DNA from: Histomonas meleagridis 2922-C6/04-290x
Taxonomy: Eukaryota > Protista > Parabasalia
Assembly: GCA_020184695.1 (NCBI GenBank)
Contig: JAANOX010000052.1
Span: 186,001-250,000, forward strand
DNA length: 64,000 nt
Direction of reading: 5' to 3'
Part shown: positions 48,251 through 59,289 of the stretch, piece by piece
How positions within the stretch are numbered: the stretch's first letter is position 1
Layout of the letters: each line of letters begins with the position of its first letter
Notes under the pieces: generated by a model
What the model saw: only the letters and a program-made list of their open reading frames with translations
Told to the model about the DNA's origin: nothing
Databases searched by the model: none
Translations under genes and position numbers: made by a program

Positions 48251-49175
48251 CTCTTTCGTTATACTCCGAAAGTGTTGTTATATTAAGGGTATGAGTTGAG
48301 AAATCAATTGCTTCTTTTGAGTGTATAAAAAATAAAATAAAATAGGAAGAATGCTTGGATATAATTTTTTTTTTGAAAATTTAAATTTGTTGCAAAATTT
48401 CTTATCTTAATGAATTTTATAAAAAGCAATATAATTGTTGTAATGATAGTATTAAAATTCACTGAGGTGATATTTAAAATGAAGTTATATGTAAATTTAA
48501 ATACATGGCAATATGTTTTATTTATCATTTTTGACTTTTAGATAATCACAACTAACAATGAAGCAAATAAATGATAAAAAAATTATAATAATCCAAAGTA
48601 CCTATCCCAGAATTATCCCTCTTTTTTGAATTAAAATCATTGAAAAAGTCTTCTAATCGAAATTATCGAAAACAAAAGCACTCAACGATAATTTTTATTA
48701 ATACATACAAAACCCACCTTTTCAATATTGAGAGGATTCGATCGTAAATTCTCGCGAATTCGATTTTTAGGGCACTCAAAAAAATGAAATGAATGTTTAT
48801 TATTATAGGAAATTACAAATTTAAATACTTTTAATGATTTCTCAGAAAACTATCTTATGTTTAAAAAAGATTTTTGTGAAACATATTATTCATGAATAGA
48901 GAAATGGATTTCGAATTAAATTTTTAATTGCAGATTTTGCGATAAAAATTTATATTGAATAAGTTTTTGATTTAGGGATTCATAACAAAAAACACATAAT
49001 AAAACAAATTATTGTTGAAAAATGGATTTATTTGACTATAGCTATAGGATGGCTTTGTTAAACGTTTATTTTTCGAAGAAAATAACGTATTTATCAAACA
49101 CACGATTTAACCTGATTCAATTTATTTGTATATATTTTTTCGGTTTTGAACGGTTTGAATAGTTGCCAGAACGAA

Positions 49176-50084
49176 ATGAGCATTTTTGCCAGTCGTAAAG
49201 ACATATTATGCTCCGACATTCAAACCGTATATGACAACTTACTTCGCGGCGCTTCTGGGCGTACGACCTACGCAAAAACATGGTCTGGAATCGGCAGTAC
49301 ATCTTGTGCAATGCTCATTACTCAAATTCCAAGTTTAAAATCACAATTTGAAAAAATGAGGAATATGTTCAATGAAATTGCAGAAATTCATACCAAATTA
49401 GCACAAGAAGAAGAAAGAAGTGCTGAAGATTGTCGCGATATCATTGAACGATTTGCTGTACTTTATCGTATTGGTGAAGAATATCAAGAACGTAAAGAGC
49501 AATATATTCGTGCAACTAAAAACCTAGAAGAAGCTCATAAAAAAATTGAAGTTGAGTCAAATAAGCCAAACTATGAAAAAAATCGAGCCAAACTTGAGCA
49601 ACGTCTCGAGGAAGCCAAGAAAGAAAAAACAGATGCGTTGCGCCGCATAAAACGCAAAGTTCATCAATTATATACATCCAAAGAACTTTACAACAAATTC
49701 AAAGTTAGAAGAATGCGCGAATGCTGGACTCGCTACAATGAAGCTTTGAAGGTTGCTGCCCAAAGTGAAATCCGCAAACTTACTGAACTCCGAGATCTTC
49801 TCCAATCACTTAATTCTAAAAACCCTGAGGCTGCAACTGCTATTGAAGCAACAATAGAGAGCGCAATGGAAAATGTTCAGCCTCCGAAACCAGTCGAAAT
49901 ACCTCATGAAGAAGAAATTGAAGAAACAAAAGAAATATATGAACCAAACGAAATTGAAGAAACAAAGGAAGCTGATGAGCCATCAGCGGTAGAAGAAGAG
50001 GAGCAAAAGATGGAAGAAGCTCCACAAGAAATTAATGAAAATATTGATGCAAATGCACCTCCGCTTTTTGATGATTTTGAATAA
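49176..50084 (+). CDS. Helical coiled-coil protein, possibly BAR-like, with an acidic tail
   Basis: Long amphipathic helices and an E-rich C-terminus. The ATG at 49176 follows two CGGTTT motifs. Confidence 0.7.
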   Translation: MSIFASRKDILCSDIQTVYDNLLRGASGRTTYAKTWSGIGSTSCAMLITQIPSLKSQFEKMRNMFNEIAEIHTKLAQEEERSAEDCRDIIERFAVLYRIGEEYQERKEQYIRATKNLEEAHKKIEVESNKPNYEKNRAKLEQRLEEAKKEKTDALRRIKRKVHQLYTSKELYNKFKVRRMRECWTRYNEALKVAAQSEIRKLTELRDLLQSLNSKNPEAATAIEATIESAMENVQPPKPVEIPHEEEIEETKEIYEPNEIEETKEADEPSAVEEEEQKMEEAPQEINENIDANAPPLFDDFE

Positions 50085-50427
50085 ACAACTAAGTGAAATA
50101 ACATTTAGAGCTTATAGCAAAAGTGAATTTACATCTTTTGTTTCCAAAAACAATAAAATTCCTATCTGCAATTGATTTAGAAACATTCTTCTTTTTAGTT
50201 TATTTTTGTTTCTTAAGAGTTCTTTCCCATATCTTTTTATTTTTTTTTTTTGTTCATTTTCTTTCTAATCAATTGATTTTCAAATGTCCAATATTTCCTT
50301 TATAAAAAGGATCAATTTTACCACAAAAATACAAACCGCTACGATAGACATGAATTTGAATTCAATTTTTCAGTTTCAAGCAAAATTTGAATCAGCACTT
50401 TTTAGTGGAAATATTGATTTAAAACCT

Positions 50428-51000
50428 TTACTCTGAGAAGTCGTCGCCCTTTCCTTGCTTCTTTGCTGCATCCTTTGCCCTCATTCTCCTCTTACGACCA
50501 GCCTTTTCGGTTGTCATAACAGAATTATCTGCATAACGGATGTTACGTTCTGATTCTTTCCAAACAAGGAATTGTGGTTGGTTAACAAGTTGGTTCTCAA
50601 CAGCGATGTGACGATGGTTGATGAGTGTACGAGCATGATGGATGGATTTGGCTAAGGCTGCTTTATGAACTTGTGTTTGGAGACGGCGATCGAGAAGATC
50701 ATTTGGTGTAAGTGAAAGTACATAATCGAGTTTCTGCTTTGTTTCATCAAGGACACCAAGACGGGTGAGACGACGAAGGAGTGCGGCACCTTCAAAGATA
50801 CGCTTTGTATCATTTTCTGGAAGCATAAGAAGATTACGGGCAGCTTTACGGATCTTAGCAAGTGTGTAATTAACCCTCCAAAGTTCACGCTTGTTCTTAA
50901 GACCGTATTCACCGACAACCTTAAGTTCACGGTGAATACGTTCTTTTTCGTATGGACGCATTGGTTTCTTGAAAGTACGGCCGAAGTTATGACTTGTCAT
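50428..51000 (-). CDS. RPS9: 40S ribosomal protein S9 (uS4)
   Basis: [31 protein letters not shown]...LDYVL...DRRLQTQV. Confidence 0.97.
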   Translation of the reverse strand: MTSHNFGRTFKKPMRPYEKERIHRELKVVGEYGLKNKRELWRVNYTLAKIRKAARNLLMLPENDTKRIFEGAALLRRLTRLGVLDETKQKLDYVLSLTPNDLLDRRLQTQVHKAALAKSIHHARTLINHRHIAVENQLVNQPQFLVWKESERNIRYADNSVMTTEKAGRKRRMRAKDAAKKQGKGDDFSE

Positions 51001-51315
51001 TCAGCAAAAGGAAGGCCAAACGGTTATCCCCTTAATATTTGAAAGCAGTTTGTTTGAACACACATTGGTGAATTTTTTGTGGATCTTGGGTGCCCCAACG
51101 ATTGAAAGCAACAGAATTGTAAAAGGAGTTAGATTTCGATATATGGAATTTATAAAAACCTGATAATTCTTAGGAGCAATAAAAATTTGTTAGTAAAAGT
51201 AATGTGATGCATAACATGTGCGTAAAATTCAAGATGTGAAAAATTGATTAAAATATTTTAGGGTGCCCCAAACCGTCAATAAAAACGGTTTCAGTTTGGC
51301 CGTTCCTTTTTGCTC
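51001..51315. promoter_or_regulatory. Bidirectional RPS9/RPL13A promoter with M3-like (AACCGTTT/AACGGTTT) and M5-like (CCTTT) elements
   Basis: The minus strand reads AACCGTTTGGCCTTCCTTTTGCTGA-ATG. The plus strand reads AAACGGTTT...GGCCGTTCCTTTTTGCTC-ATG. Both match core promoter motifs described in T. vaginalis. Confidence 0.7.
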
Positions 51316-51912
51316 ATGTCAATAGTCATTGATGGTAAAGGTCATGTTTCAGGTCGTTTAGCAGGTGTCATTGCCAAGCAATTACTCAACGGAAGGAAGA
51401 TTGTTGTTGTTAGGGCTGAAAGCATTGTTACAACTGGTGATCATCGTTTTAATTATCACAAGTATCGTCGTTTCTTAAGAAAGACAACCAACTCAAACCC
51501 ACGTCATGGTCCATTCCATGAACGTGCACCAGCTGAAATCTTCTCTCGTACAGTTCGTGGAATGGTCAATTATAAGACAGCCCGCGGTGCTGCAGCTTTT
51601 GCTAGACTCAAGGTCTACGAAGGTATCCCAGAGAAGTATGAAGGCGTCAAGAAACTTGTTGTTCCAACTGCTCTTCGTGTTGTCGCCATCCGCACTGATC
51701 GTCCAGTTACAACTCTCGGAAAGATTTCTACAACATTCGGATGGAAGTATGGCCACGTTGTCAAAGCACTTGAAGAAAAGAGAATCGCCAAAGCTGCCGA
51801 ATTACATGAAGCAAAGAAGGCTGAAAAGGAAAAGAAGCAACGTGCAATTGCTGCTGCAAACAAACAACTCGGTGAAGCAGCTGTTAAATTCCTTGAAACA
51901 TACGTCGAGTAA
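51316..51912 (+). CDS. RPL13A: 60S ribosomal protein L13a (uL13)
   Basis: IVIDGKGHVSGRLAGVIAKQLLNG...NPRHGPFHERAP. ATG at 51316. Confidence 0.96.
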   Translation: MSIVIDGKGHVSGRLAGVIAKQLLNGRKIVVVRAESIVTTGDHRFNYHKYRRFLRKTTNSNPRHGPFHERAPAEIFSRTVRGMVNYKTARGAAAFARLKVYEGIPEKYEGVKKLVVPTALRVVAIRTDRPVTTLGKISTTFGWKYGHVVKALEEKRIAKAAELHEAKKAEKEKKQRAIAAANKQLGEAAVKFLETYVE

Positions 51913-52175
51913 ATCTTAAATTTGAACTTCTTTGTTTTTTATTTCGAAAGCTAGATTCAACAAAATAGAAATCAAGTATTGTAACATTCAAATTCCATTA
52001 TATTATCAAACGCAATTCTGATAATCAAAAATGTTGAAATTTTATAATAATTACGTCACTTTATGTAGATATGGATGTGTTAGATTGTAAACGTAGTTTT
52101 TTCTTATTAAAAAAAAAACAATAAAAAAGATCTTAACGTTCGTCAGATGATAACAAAAATTTTGATTTCCAACAA

Positions 52176-53714
52176 ATGGATCTCATATCCTTTTCTTCCC
52201 TTTGCTTAAGTCCAGATGAAGAAAAGGATAAGGTTATGGGATGCAATGTGACATTTCCAACAGTTGACAACGCAAATGATAATCAACTAATTATCCTTGA
52301 TAACAATACAAAAATTTCGATATGCAAAGAATGTTATTCAATAAAGACATCCAAAAATGAAGCTTGTCCTGTTTGTTCACCAGAAAAATATTTCCATAAC
52401 ATGATTTTTCAACCTAAATATAATATTTTCTATAATCCAAGTAATTTGTGTTCAAAAAATGCAACCATTGCTCTTGTTTTTGACCTCGGAGCTGAACGAA
52501 AATCAGTTGATCAAATTATTAATGTTTTTGTTACTCAAAAAATTCCATTAAATAATTGTCGATTTTCGTTAGCATTTATCACAAGTGTTCCTATTTTTGT
52601 GACCAATTCTAGTAATATATTAAACATATCATTTGGTGATGCCACCGATCTTCTTTTTTGTTCCAATGAAGAATTACCAAAAATATTAGACGAAGTAAAT
52701 TCCATAATCAAATCAATTCATGTCAAATACAACAGAGATTCTAATGCAATATCTGATTTCTTTACAAAAATTCAAAAAACTGAGGTTGATAATGTCATTA
52801 TATTTTATTCCAAAATCTTAAAAGTTCCTGAAAGAATTTCTAAAATTCAAGTACATGCAATTGAAGTAACGGAAGGTATATGTAATGATCCATTATCTCT
52901 TTTTAATCGTATTTCATCGCATAATGTTTTTTCCAAAACATCAACGAACATAATTGAATACATTACACATATCGTCAAACCGTCTGTTTTTGGTTCTTTT
53001 TGTGAATTCACATTAACTACATCACAAGGTTTAAAGCCTAAATGGGCTTTTATATCAGGTACCATATATAGTGGTGAGTTGCAACATGTTGTAATTCCCA
53101 ATTCTGATTTTTTTATCACATTTAAATTTTGTGGGCATAAAAAACCACGAAATTATGCCTTACAATTTGTGTATAATTTTTCTAATGGATGCTTTTTTAT
53201 ACAGAATCGAATGTGGATCAAAGCGCAAACTGTACAACTTTGGATATCATCGATATCATTTTATGATTATGTTTCATTAATGATTCGCCAATTTATATTT
53301 AAATCATATTCGAAAAAACTAAAAATTTCAACGTTTAAGAAAAAGTTATTTGAGTTTGATCTTAAATCAGATTTTTATGGTTTAAGTGGCGTTCGAATTG
53401 TTATAAAAATTTTTTCTTTTTTCTGTGGCTGTGATCAATCTTTAATTCCACAAAATGTCCGAAATGAAATTATCTTTTTGTGTTTAACTATGGGAATGAA
53501 TTACATGAAGGAATTAATCGACGCATTGATGAACTTGGTGAACATTGGGGAATTTATCGAAATTCCTCCATTCTTCATTTCGTATGACATCGGATTAATG
53601 AAATGTTCGAAAAGAAATAGCTGCGTGATATCGCCTGTTTTTTTTATGTTAGAAAAAGAACATTTCATGTTGTTAAAAGAGGAACTTAATAAATGTATTA
53701 GTGATACAGAATAA
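52176..53714 (+). CDS. Divergent Sec23/Sec24-like protein (tentative)
   Basis: CxxC..CxxC zinc finger followed by a vWA-like ALVFD strand and a beta-sandwich-like region. Confidence 0.45.
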   Translation: MDLISFSSLCLSPDEEKDKVMGCNVTFPTVDNANDNQLIILDNNTKISICKECYSIKTSKNEACPVCSPEKYFHNMIFQPKYNIFYNPSNLCSKNATIALVFDLGAERKSVDQIINVFVTQKIPLNNCRFSLAFITSVPIFVTNSSNILNISFGDATDLLFCSNEELPKILDEVNSIIKSIHVKYNRDSNAISDFFTKIQKTEVDNVIIFYSKILKVPERISKIQVHAIEVTEGICNDPLSLFNRISSHNVFSKTSTNIIEYITHIVKPSVFGSFCEFTLTTSQGLKPKWAFISGTIYSGELQHVVIPNSDFFITFKFCGHKKPRNYALQFVYNFSNGCFFIQNRMWIKAQTVQLWISSISFYDYVSLMIRQFIFKSYSKKLKISTFKKKLFEFDLKSDFYGLSGVRIVIKIFSFFCGCDQSLIPQNVRNEIIFLCLTMGMNYMKELIDALMNLVNIGEFIEIPPFFISYDIGLMKCSKRNSCVISPVFFMLEKEHFMLLKEELNKCISDTE

Positions 53715-54142
53715 GAAAAATAATATATATAAATTTGTTATGTTACTAAAATTTGTTTAAATGTTTATTTTATTTTTTAAGAATTCATAATTGTTATAAT
53801 GTTCGAGTGAAATTTTGGTATAAATTTATATGTTTAATTAAATAATTACTTATATAGCGTTTTCTTAAATATATTTTTAATTTTTCGCAACCAAAATTAA
53901 AAATGTAGTGAAATTATGTTTCATTTATTTTGTATTCTGTAAATTTACAGAGTGTTGACCTGATTTCATTATTAAAATTAAGAACAATCATTTATAAATC
54001 ATGTATTTAATTAATTGTGTAAAAATTGGTAAATAATTATTTTCATTTTAATTATATTATTTATAGAATTAACATATTTTTATATTATAAAATATTCCGA
54101 GCATCAAGATACATATGGTATTTTGTCTTTTTATTTAAATAA

Positions 54143-54691
54143 TCATTTCCATTTTTTGTTGATTTGTTCACCAATCCAATCTAATCCTTCGTAAAGTCCA
54201 TCACCTGTTGTAGCACATGTTCCTTGCACTTGCCATGGACGATTTGTAATGGTGTTGAGCTTTAATCTATTACCTAATTCACTTGGTTTTACTGCGTTTG
54301 GAAGATCTTGCTTGTTAGCATAGACAAGTAAAATAGCATCACGTAATTCATCTTCTTCGAGAAGCCTATGAAGAACATCACGCGCTTCATCAATTCTTCC
54401 AATATCATTAGAATCGACAACAAAAATAAGTCCTTGTGTGTTGTGGAAATAATGACGCCATAGTGGACGAATTCTATCTTGACCTCCAACATCCCAAACA
54501 TTCATGTTAAGTCCTTTATATTCAAATGTTTCGACATTAAATCCAATTGTTGGAATTGTTGTTACATGTTCACCAAGTTTTAATTTATATAAAACTGTTG
54601 TTTTTCCTGCTGCATCAAGTCCTAACATAAGAATTCTTGTTTCTTTGTTCTTGAACCAATTGTTATATATATTGCTAAAGAGTAAACCCAT
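54143..54691 (-). CDS. ARF: ADP-ribosylation factor (ARF1-like)
   Basis: Gly2, [25 protein letters not shown] and NKQD. Confidence 0.95.
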   Translation of the reverse strand: MGLLFSNIYNNWFKNKETRILMLGLDAAGKTTVLYKLKLGEHVTTIPTIGFNVETFEYKGLNMNVWDVGGQDRIRPLWRHYFHNTQGLIFVVDSNDIGRIDEARDVLHRLLEEDELRDAILLVYANKQDLPNAVKPSELGNRLKLNTITNRPWQVQGTCATTGDGLYEGLDWIGEQINKKWK

Positions 54692-55308
54692 TTTAAAAAT
54701 GATATGATTGATTGATTTGATTTCATCATGTAATAAATTTCCATCTGACCAAATCTAAATTTCACTCAAACAAAATTTTGAAAATTAAATACTCCGACGA
54801 TTAATTTTGTCTGAAAAAGTATCAAGTTCAAAATAAATTTTTCAAAATAAATTTCAAAATTTATGAATTATTTCTCCAATTTTAACAGCGCTTATGCATC
54901 AGCAACATAGAAAGTGTTAATTGCTACTTAAGCTGCGCTAAATAAAGTTTTTATTTTGAATGGTTTCGGAAAGTAATGAAAGAAAATGGTATTATCATCA
55001 TAATAAGTTTTTGGGTAAAATAAAAAAATGGGCAGAAAAATGAAATTAAAAAATAAAAGATAACATCAAAAAGGTTTGGTTACTTCCAAAAATTGATTTG
55101 AATCAAATATTTAAACCTTAATTGGCTTTTAAGTAATGAATCGGTGTTGTTAATATACAATCTATTTCAATTAATGTTACATTTTTCAAGATGAGATTAG
55201 TTAAAATGATTATATTATTCATTTTTGGACTTTCATTAAGAAAAAAACAATCATTTAAATGTTGGCTTTGGGGTGCATTGATGTATCGGCATGGAGAACG
55301 TTATTTAT

Positions 55309-55334
55309 GGCGGTTTTGTCCGGCCTTTTGCAGA
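55309..55334 (+). promoter_or_regulatory. M3/M5-like core promoter of RPL27A
   Basis: GGCGGTTT at 55309-55316, then CCTTT at 55324-55328, then the ATG at 55335. Confidence 0.65.
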
Positions 55335-55784
55335 ATGCCAACTCGCTTCAAGAAGTCTAGGAAACTTCGTGGTCAAGAATCTATGGGTTACGGACGTGTT
55401 GGAAAGCACAGGAAGTCACCAGGAGGTTGCGGTAACGCAGGTGGTCAACATCATCAAAGAACATGGTTTGATCGTTACCATCCAGGATACTTTGGTAAAG
55501 TTGGTATGCGTCGCCTCCATGTATTTAAGTGCCGTGAATGGGAACCAATCATCAACATTGATAAACTTTGGACATTAGTTCCAGAAGAAGTTCGCAATCA
55601 AGCAGCTTCTAAACAAGCAGGTGATGCAGTTCCAGTCATTGATTGTGTTGCCAATGGTTATTTCAAAGTTGTTGGCCGTGGCGAACTCCCACAAATTCCA
55701 TTAATCGTTCGTGCCAAAGATTTCTCACAATCAGCCGAAAGAAAGATCAAAGCTGCCGGTGGTGCATGTGAGAAAGTAAAATAA
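55335..55784 (+). CDS. RPL27A: 60S ribosomal protein L27a (uL15)
   Basis: [48 protein letters not shown]. Confidence 0.97.
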   Translation: MPTRFKKSRKLRGQESMGYGRVGKHRKSPGGCGNAGGQHHQRTWFDRYHPGYFGKVGMRRLHVFKCREWEPIINIDKLWTLVPEEVRNQAASKQAGDAVPVIDCVANGYFKVVGRGELPQIPLIVRAKDFSQSAERKIKAAGGACEKVK

Positions 55785-55986
55785 ACATTGCAATTTTTTA
55801 GCTAATTGATTTTTCACAATTTAAACTTTCAATGTATCAATTTTATAATACAAAAAATTTAAATAAATAAAGAGCAATAACAACAAACAAATGATTTATC
55901 GTTAAAAATGAATTAAACAATAAAACGTTTACATTCGATTTCGTCAAATTAATTGTCATTTTATTATGATATTTTCAAAAAGCAAA

Positions 55987-57456
55987 TTACACCAATTTGA
56001 ATATTCTTTTGTTCAACTTTTCAATTTGTTTCTCTATATATTGATTAATTTCATTTTGTATATCTCCGTATATGTCGATACTATTAAACACCCCTCTCAC
56101 AGTTCTGTTACATTTTGCTTCTATTTGTCCTATTGAAGACGCCAATTCGTCAGTATATCCATCGTTTATATCTTCAATGATATCATTTTCGCCTTTTTTT
56201 ATTACATCGTTCACTTTATTTTTCAAGAAATTTAATTGTTTCTCTTTAATTTTCTTATGAAGGCCTTCGAACACAGTGTACTTCTTTGGGATTTCTTCAT
56301 GTATGTACCGTTTGTACTTCTTAAAGATATCCATTTGTTGGATATGTGGTAATTTCTTTTCGATTTCATATATTAATTCTTGTGAAACATTATTTAGATC
56401 AATAAATAACGCGCTAACAATTTGTTCGTTTCGAAGTTGATCTTCATATTCTTTCATCAATGAATTAATAGCTTCAAATTTCTTTCGAATAATGTCTTCT
56501 ATTATCGGAGTCATATTTCTTTCTTCGGATTTTTGTATTTCATTGTTTAAAATTTGGTTGGCAATGATGTCTAAATTTTTGCTTTCGATTTTGCGGACAA
56601 GTTGTTCAAAGATATTACAATATCCTTCGGCATCAAACGTTATGTTCTTTCGTATTGTTTCGATATGTTCAAATAGTTTTCCTGAAAAGATATTAAAGCC
56701 ATGTTCAAATTCTTTGGCAATATCTTCGTTTTTATTATTAATGTCATATTGGGGAAGCGGAATAACTTTATTGTGCTGGAAGTTTTTACCGAATTTGTCA
56801 AAGAAATAATTTGTAACATAATTTTGAATTTGGTCAAAATTGCCTTCACTTGGTTTGTATTTGGATACATCTCGGACAAGAGTTATGAGGCGATTTTTAT
56901 CAAAGATTTTCGTGCCTTGAGTAATGGAATCAACAATATTAATAATTTTTTTATACGTATTGACTTCATGCGATGATATGTTGGGTGTAGTCATAGCAAT
57001 AACTAAATGGGAAATGGCTGCATATGGTGCAATAAGTTGACCTAAAAGATAAGAACTGGCTTCAGGATTTGAATTACCCATTTCAAAACCATTGCAACCT
57101 TCTGTATCAATAAAGAAAATTTGCGTTTCGTCATTCTTTTCTGTTTTTCCCATTTTAAACTTAAGTCTTAAATTTTGATATGAATATGGCCCATATATAA
57201 AAGCACCAGTTGTCTCTTCATTGGACCCATCACCTATAGCAATTGTGTTATCTCCTGTAAGCTTTTGTATTGTTGTGGATTTACCAATTTGATATGATCC
57301 GAAAATTGTTACGAAAATAATAGGCTTTCCTTGTGCCCTCATAACTGTAGATCGAAAAATTTCTGGGTATAGTATAAATTTTGTCCTTGCTTTATCTCTC
57401 TGAGTGCAATGCATCCAAGAATTATTTCCAAATAAATTTCGTTGGCATTTTTTCAA
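55987..57456 (-). CDS. Guanylate-binding protein/atlastin-like large GTPase
   Basis: G1 GSYQIGKS, G2 TTG, G3 DTEG and G4 VRD, followed by a helical domain. The start codon is uncertain. Confidence 0.8.
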   Translation of the reverse strand: MKKCQRNLFGNNSWMHCTQRDKARTKFILYPEIFRSTVMRAQGKPIIFVTIFGSYQIGKSTTIQKLTGDNTIAIGDGSNEETTGAFIYGPYSYQNLRLKFKMGKTEKNDETQIFFIDTEGCNGFEMGNSNPEASSYLLGQLIAPYAAISHLVIAMTTPNISSHEVNTYKKIINIVDSITQGTKIFDKNRLITLVRDVSKYKPSEGNFDQIQNYVTNYFFDKFGKNFQHNKVIPLPQYDINNKNEDIAKEFEHGFNIFSGKLFEHIETIRKNITFDAEGYCNIFEQLVRKIESKNLDIIANQILNNEIQKSEERNMTPIIEDIIRKKFEAINSLMKEYEDQLRNEQIVSALFIDLNNVSQELIYEIEKKLPHIQQMDIFKKYKRYIHEEIPKKYTVFEGLHKKIKEKQLNFLKNKVNDVIKKGENDIIEDINDGYTDELASSIGQIEAKCNRTVRGVFNSIDIYGDIQNEINQYIEKQIEKLNKRIFKLV

Positions 57457-57613
57457 ATATTTTGGGGCACCCTAATAATGAGCCACCATCAAACAACTTT
57501 ATCTAAAAAAAAATAATTTTTATGCTTAAACAAGCAAAAACAAATCCATCCAATGCCTTGCTAAAAATATCATATTGATTTTTAATCAAAAAGAAAAAAA
57601 AAGATAAAAATTG

Positions 57614-57622
57614 AAAAAAAAA
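57614..57622 (-). terminator. Oligo-T tract, putative Pol III terminator of the RNase MRP gene
   Basis: A T-run on the minus strand about 12 nt after the MRP P1 3' strand. Confidence 0.55.
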
Positions 57623-57633
57623 GTTTACAAATG

Positions 57634-57862
57634 ATCCTTGGCAAACGACGTGAGCCCCATTGAGTTAGACCTCGAAAGGCCCAATTCGATATCTCTATAA
57701 ACAGACAAACTCATTGGCGAAATATCCCTAAAGATCATCTAAAGCCAATGGTCGCAATCATAGCCTACACTCTCTGCTATTGTCTGGGGACTTTCCCGAG
57801 GGATGTAGAAGAAACAAGTTCTTCAGTGTGTAACCCTCATCGAATTCGCGCTCGCCAAGAAT
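57634..57862 (-). ncRNA. RMRP: RNase MRP RNA
   Basis: Minus strand has P1 (ATTCTTGGCGAGCG pairing with CGTTTGCCAAGGAT), TACACACTGA, CR-I GGGAAAGTCCCC, a P8 GCA-GAGAG-TGT GARAR loop, and CR-V ACTCAATGGGGCTCAC. Confidence 0.92.
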
Positions 57863-57969
57863 GGCCGACCTGGCAACGATAGGCCAAATTTGTGATAAAA
57901 CGCGCTATCGTCAAAGCAGTTACGGTTTCTTTTCTTTGCCATAAAGTTCACTTTTGAAAACCGTTTAAA

Positions 57970-59067
57970 ATGGATCTTGAAGCTTTCCAAAACCAGCAAA
58001 TAACAAATGAAGAAATATCATCATTATTAGCCCCACTTAAAACCAATTTATCCGAAGAAAGCTTGAATAGTTTTTTCAATGATATTGTTGCTTCAAATAT
58101 CAATTCGAATACAATAACGAAAATCATCAATGTTTTAATGCAAGACCTCTTTTCTCATGACATAAATTATTTGAGGATTATATTTGAATTTGCTAAAGCA
58201 AACAATTTTATTAATGCAAACATTTTCGAACTCTATATCAAAGCTCTTGAAAACAATGAATTATATCATGAGGCAGTAAAGGTTTTGATTGATCAGCAAC
58301 CACCGGAAAGTGGTGAAGATGCCGACATGTTATCATATTATCTTCATATTGGCGAGGATTACTACCTTGAAAACGACTATGATCAAGCCTTTTCATATCT
58401 TACTAAAATGCAGAAGCATGTTTTCCGACGTACCACTCCTCTTGCAATATTAAATAGATTTGATGATCTTCGTGGAAAGCTTCAAGCAAATCGTAACAAT
58501 TTCCTCGAAGCTGCACGTGCTTTTACCACCATTTGGGAGAATCCATCTGTTCCTGAACAAAAATTATCATCACTTCGAAAAGCGATAATTTGTGCTGTAC
58601 TTTCCAAGATCTCTAAAAGTCGCTCATCACTTCTCTACCGTTACATAGATGATGAAGACGTTCATAAGCTTGATGTATATTTCATACTTGATTTAATTGT
58701 CAAACGTAAATTCATTGATAGAGAAAATCGCGAACGATTTAAATCCATTGCTGTTAAAGAATTTGGTAGCAATGGCATCAATGCAATTGATTCGTCTTCA
58801 GTACAACATAATATTTCTGTTGCAGAAAAACTTTTTTCGTCAATTAAAATTGACAGACTTAGTCAATTAATCGGTGATTCACCAGCGAATGTGGAACTTC
58901 AACTCCGCAAAATGGTCGCGGACAAAGCATTGAATGCAAAAATTAACCAGCCAAATAAAATGGTGCTGTTTGGGTTGGGCGATGAGTCTGACAAAGATGA
59001 AAGCATTCGAAACTTTTGCACTTCTGTGGATGAGTTAGTGCCAGTGCTAAAGCCGTTGTTGAATTAA
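57970..59067 (+). CDS. CSN4: PCI-domain protein, COP9 signalosome subunit 4-like
   Basis: FLEAARAF, AIICAVLS, RSSLL and a C-terminal PCI winged helix (HNISVAEKLFSSIKIDRLSQL). Confidence 0.8.
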   Translation: MDLEAFQNQQITNEEISSLLAPLKTNLSEESLNSFFNDIVASNINSNTITKIINVLMQDLFSHDINYLRIIFEFAKANNFINANIFELYIKALENNELYHEAVKVLIDQQPPESGEDADMLSYYLHIGEDYYLENDYDQAFSYLTKMQKHVFRRTTPLAILNRFDDLRGKLQANRNNFLEAARAFTTIWENPSVPEQKLSSLRKAIICAVLSKISKSRSSLLYRYIDDEDVHKLDVYFILDLIVKRKFIDRENRERFKSIAVKEFGSNGINAIDSSSVQHNISVAEKLFSSIKIDRLSQLIGDSPANVELQLRKMVADKALNAKINQPNKMVLFGLGDESDKDESIRNFCTSVDELVPVLKPLLN

Positions 59068-59289
59068 TAAGTAAAAAAAAGATGTTGTAAACGTTGTGTT
59101 ACGTTTCATATCAAAATATATTGAAATTTAATTGTGATGCTGATGCTTTATATGGAAATTAATAATGTTTTAAAAACAAATTCTTTCGCTTTTTTAATTT
59201 AGATCGATTGATAAATTTGTGCTACTTTATCTTCCATCTGCAACCTATAAGTGAGTGATGATAAATGAAAAATATTCCGCAACAGGCTG

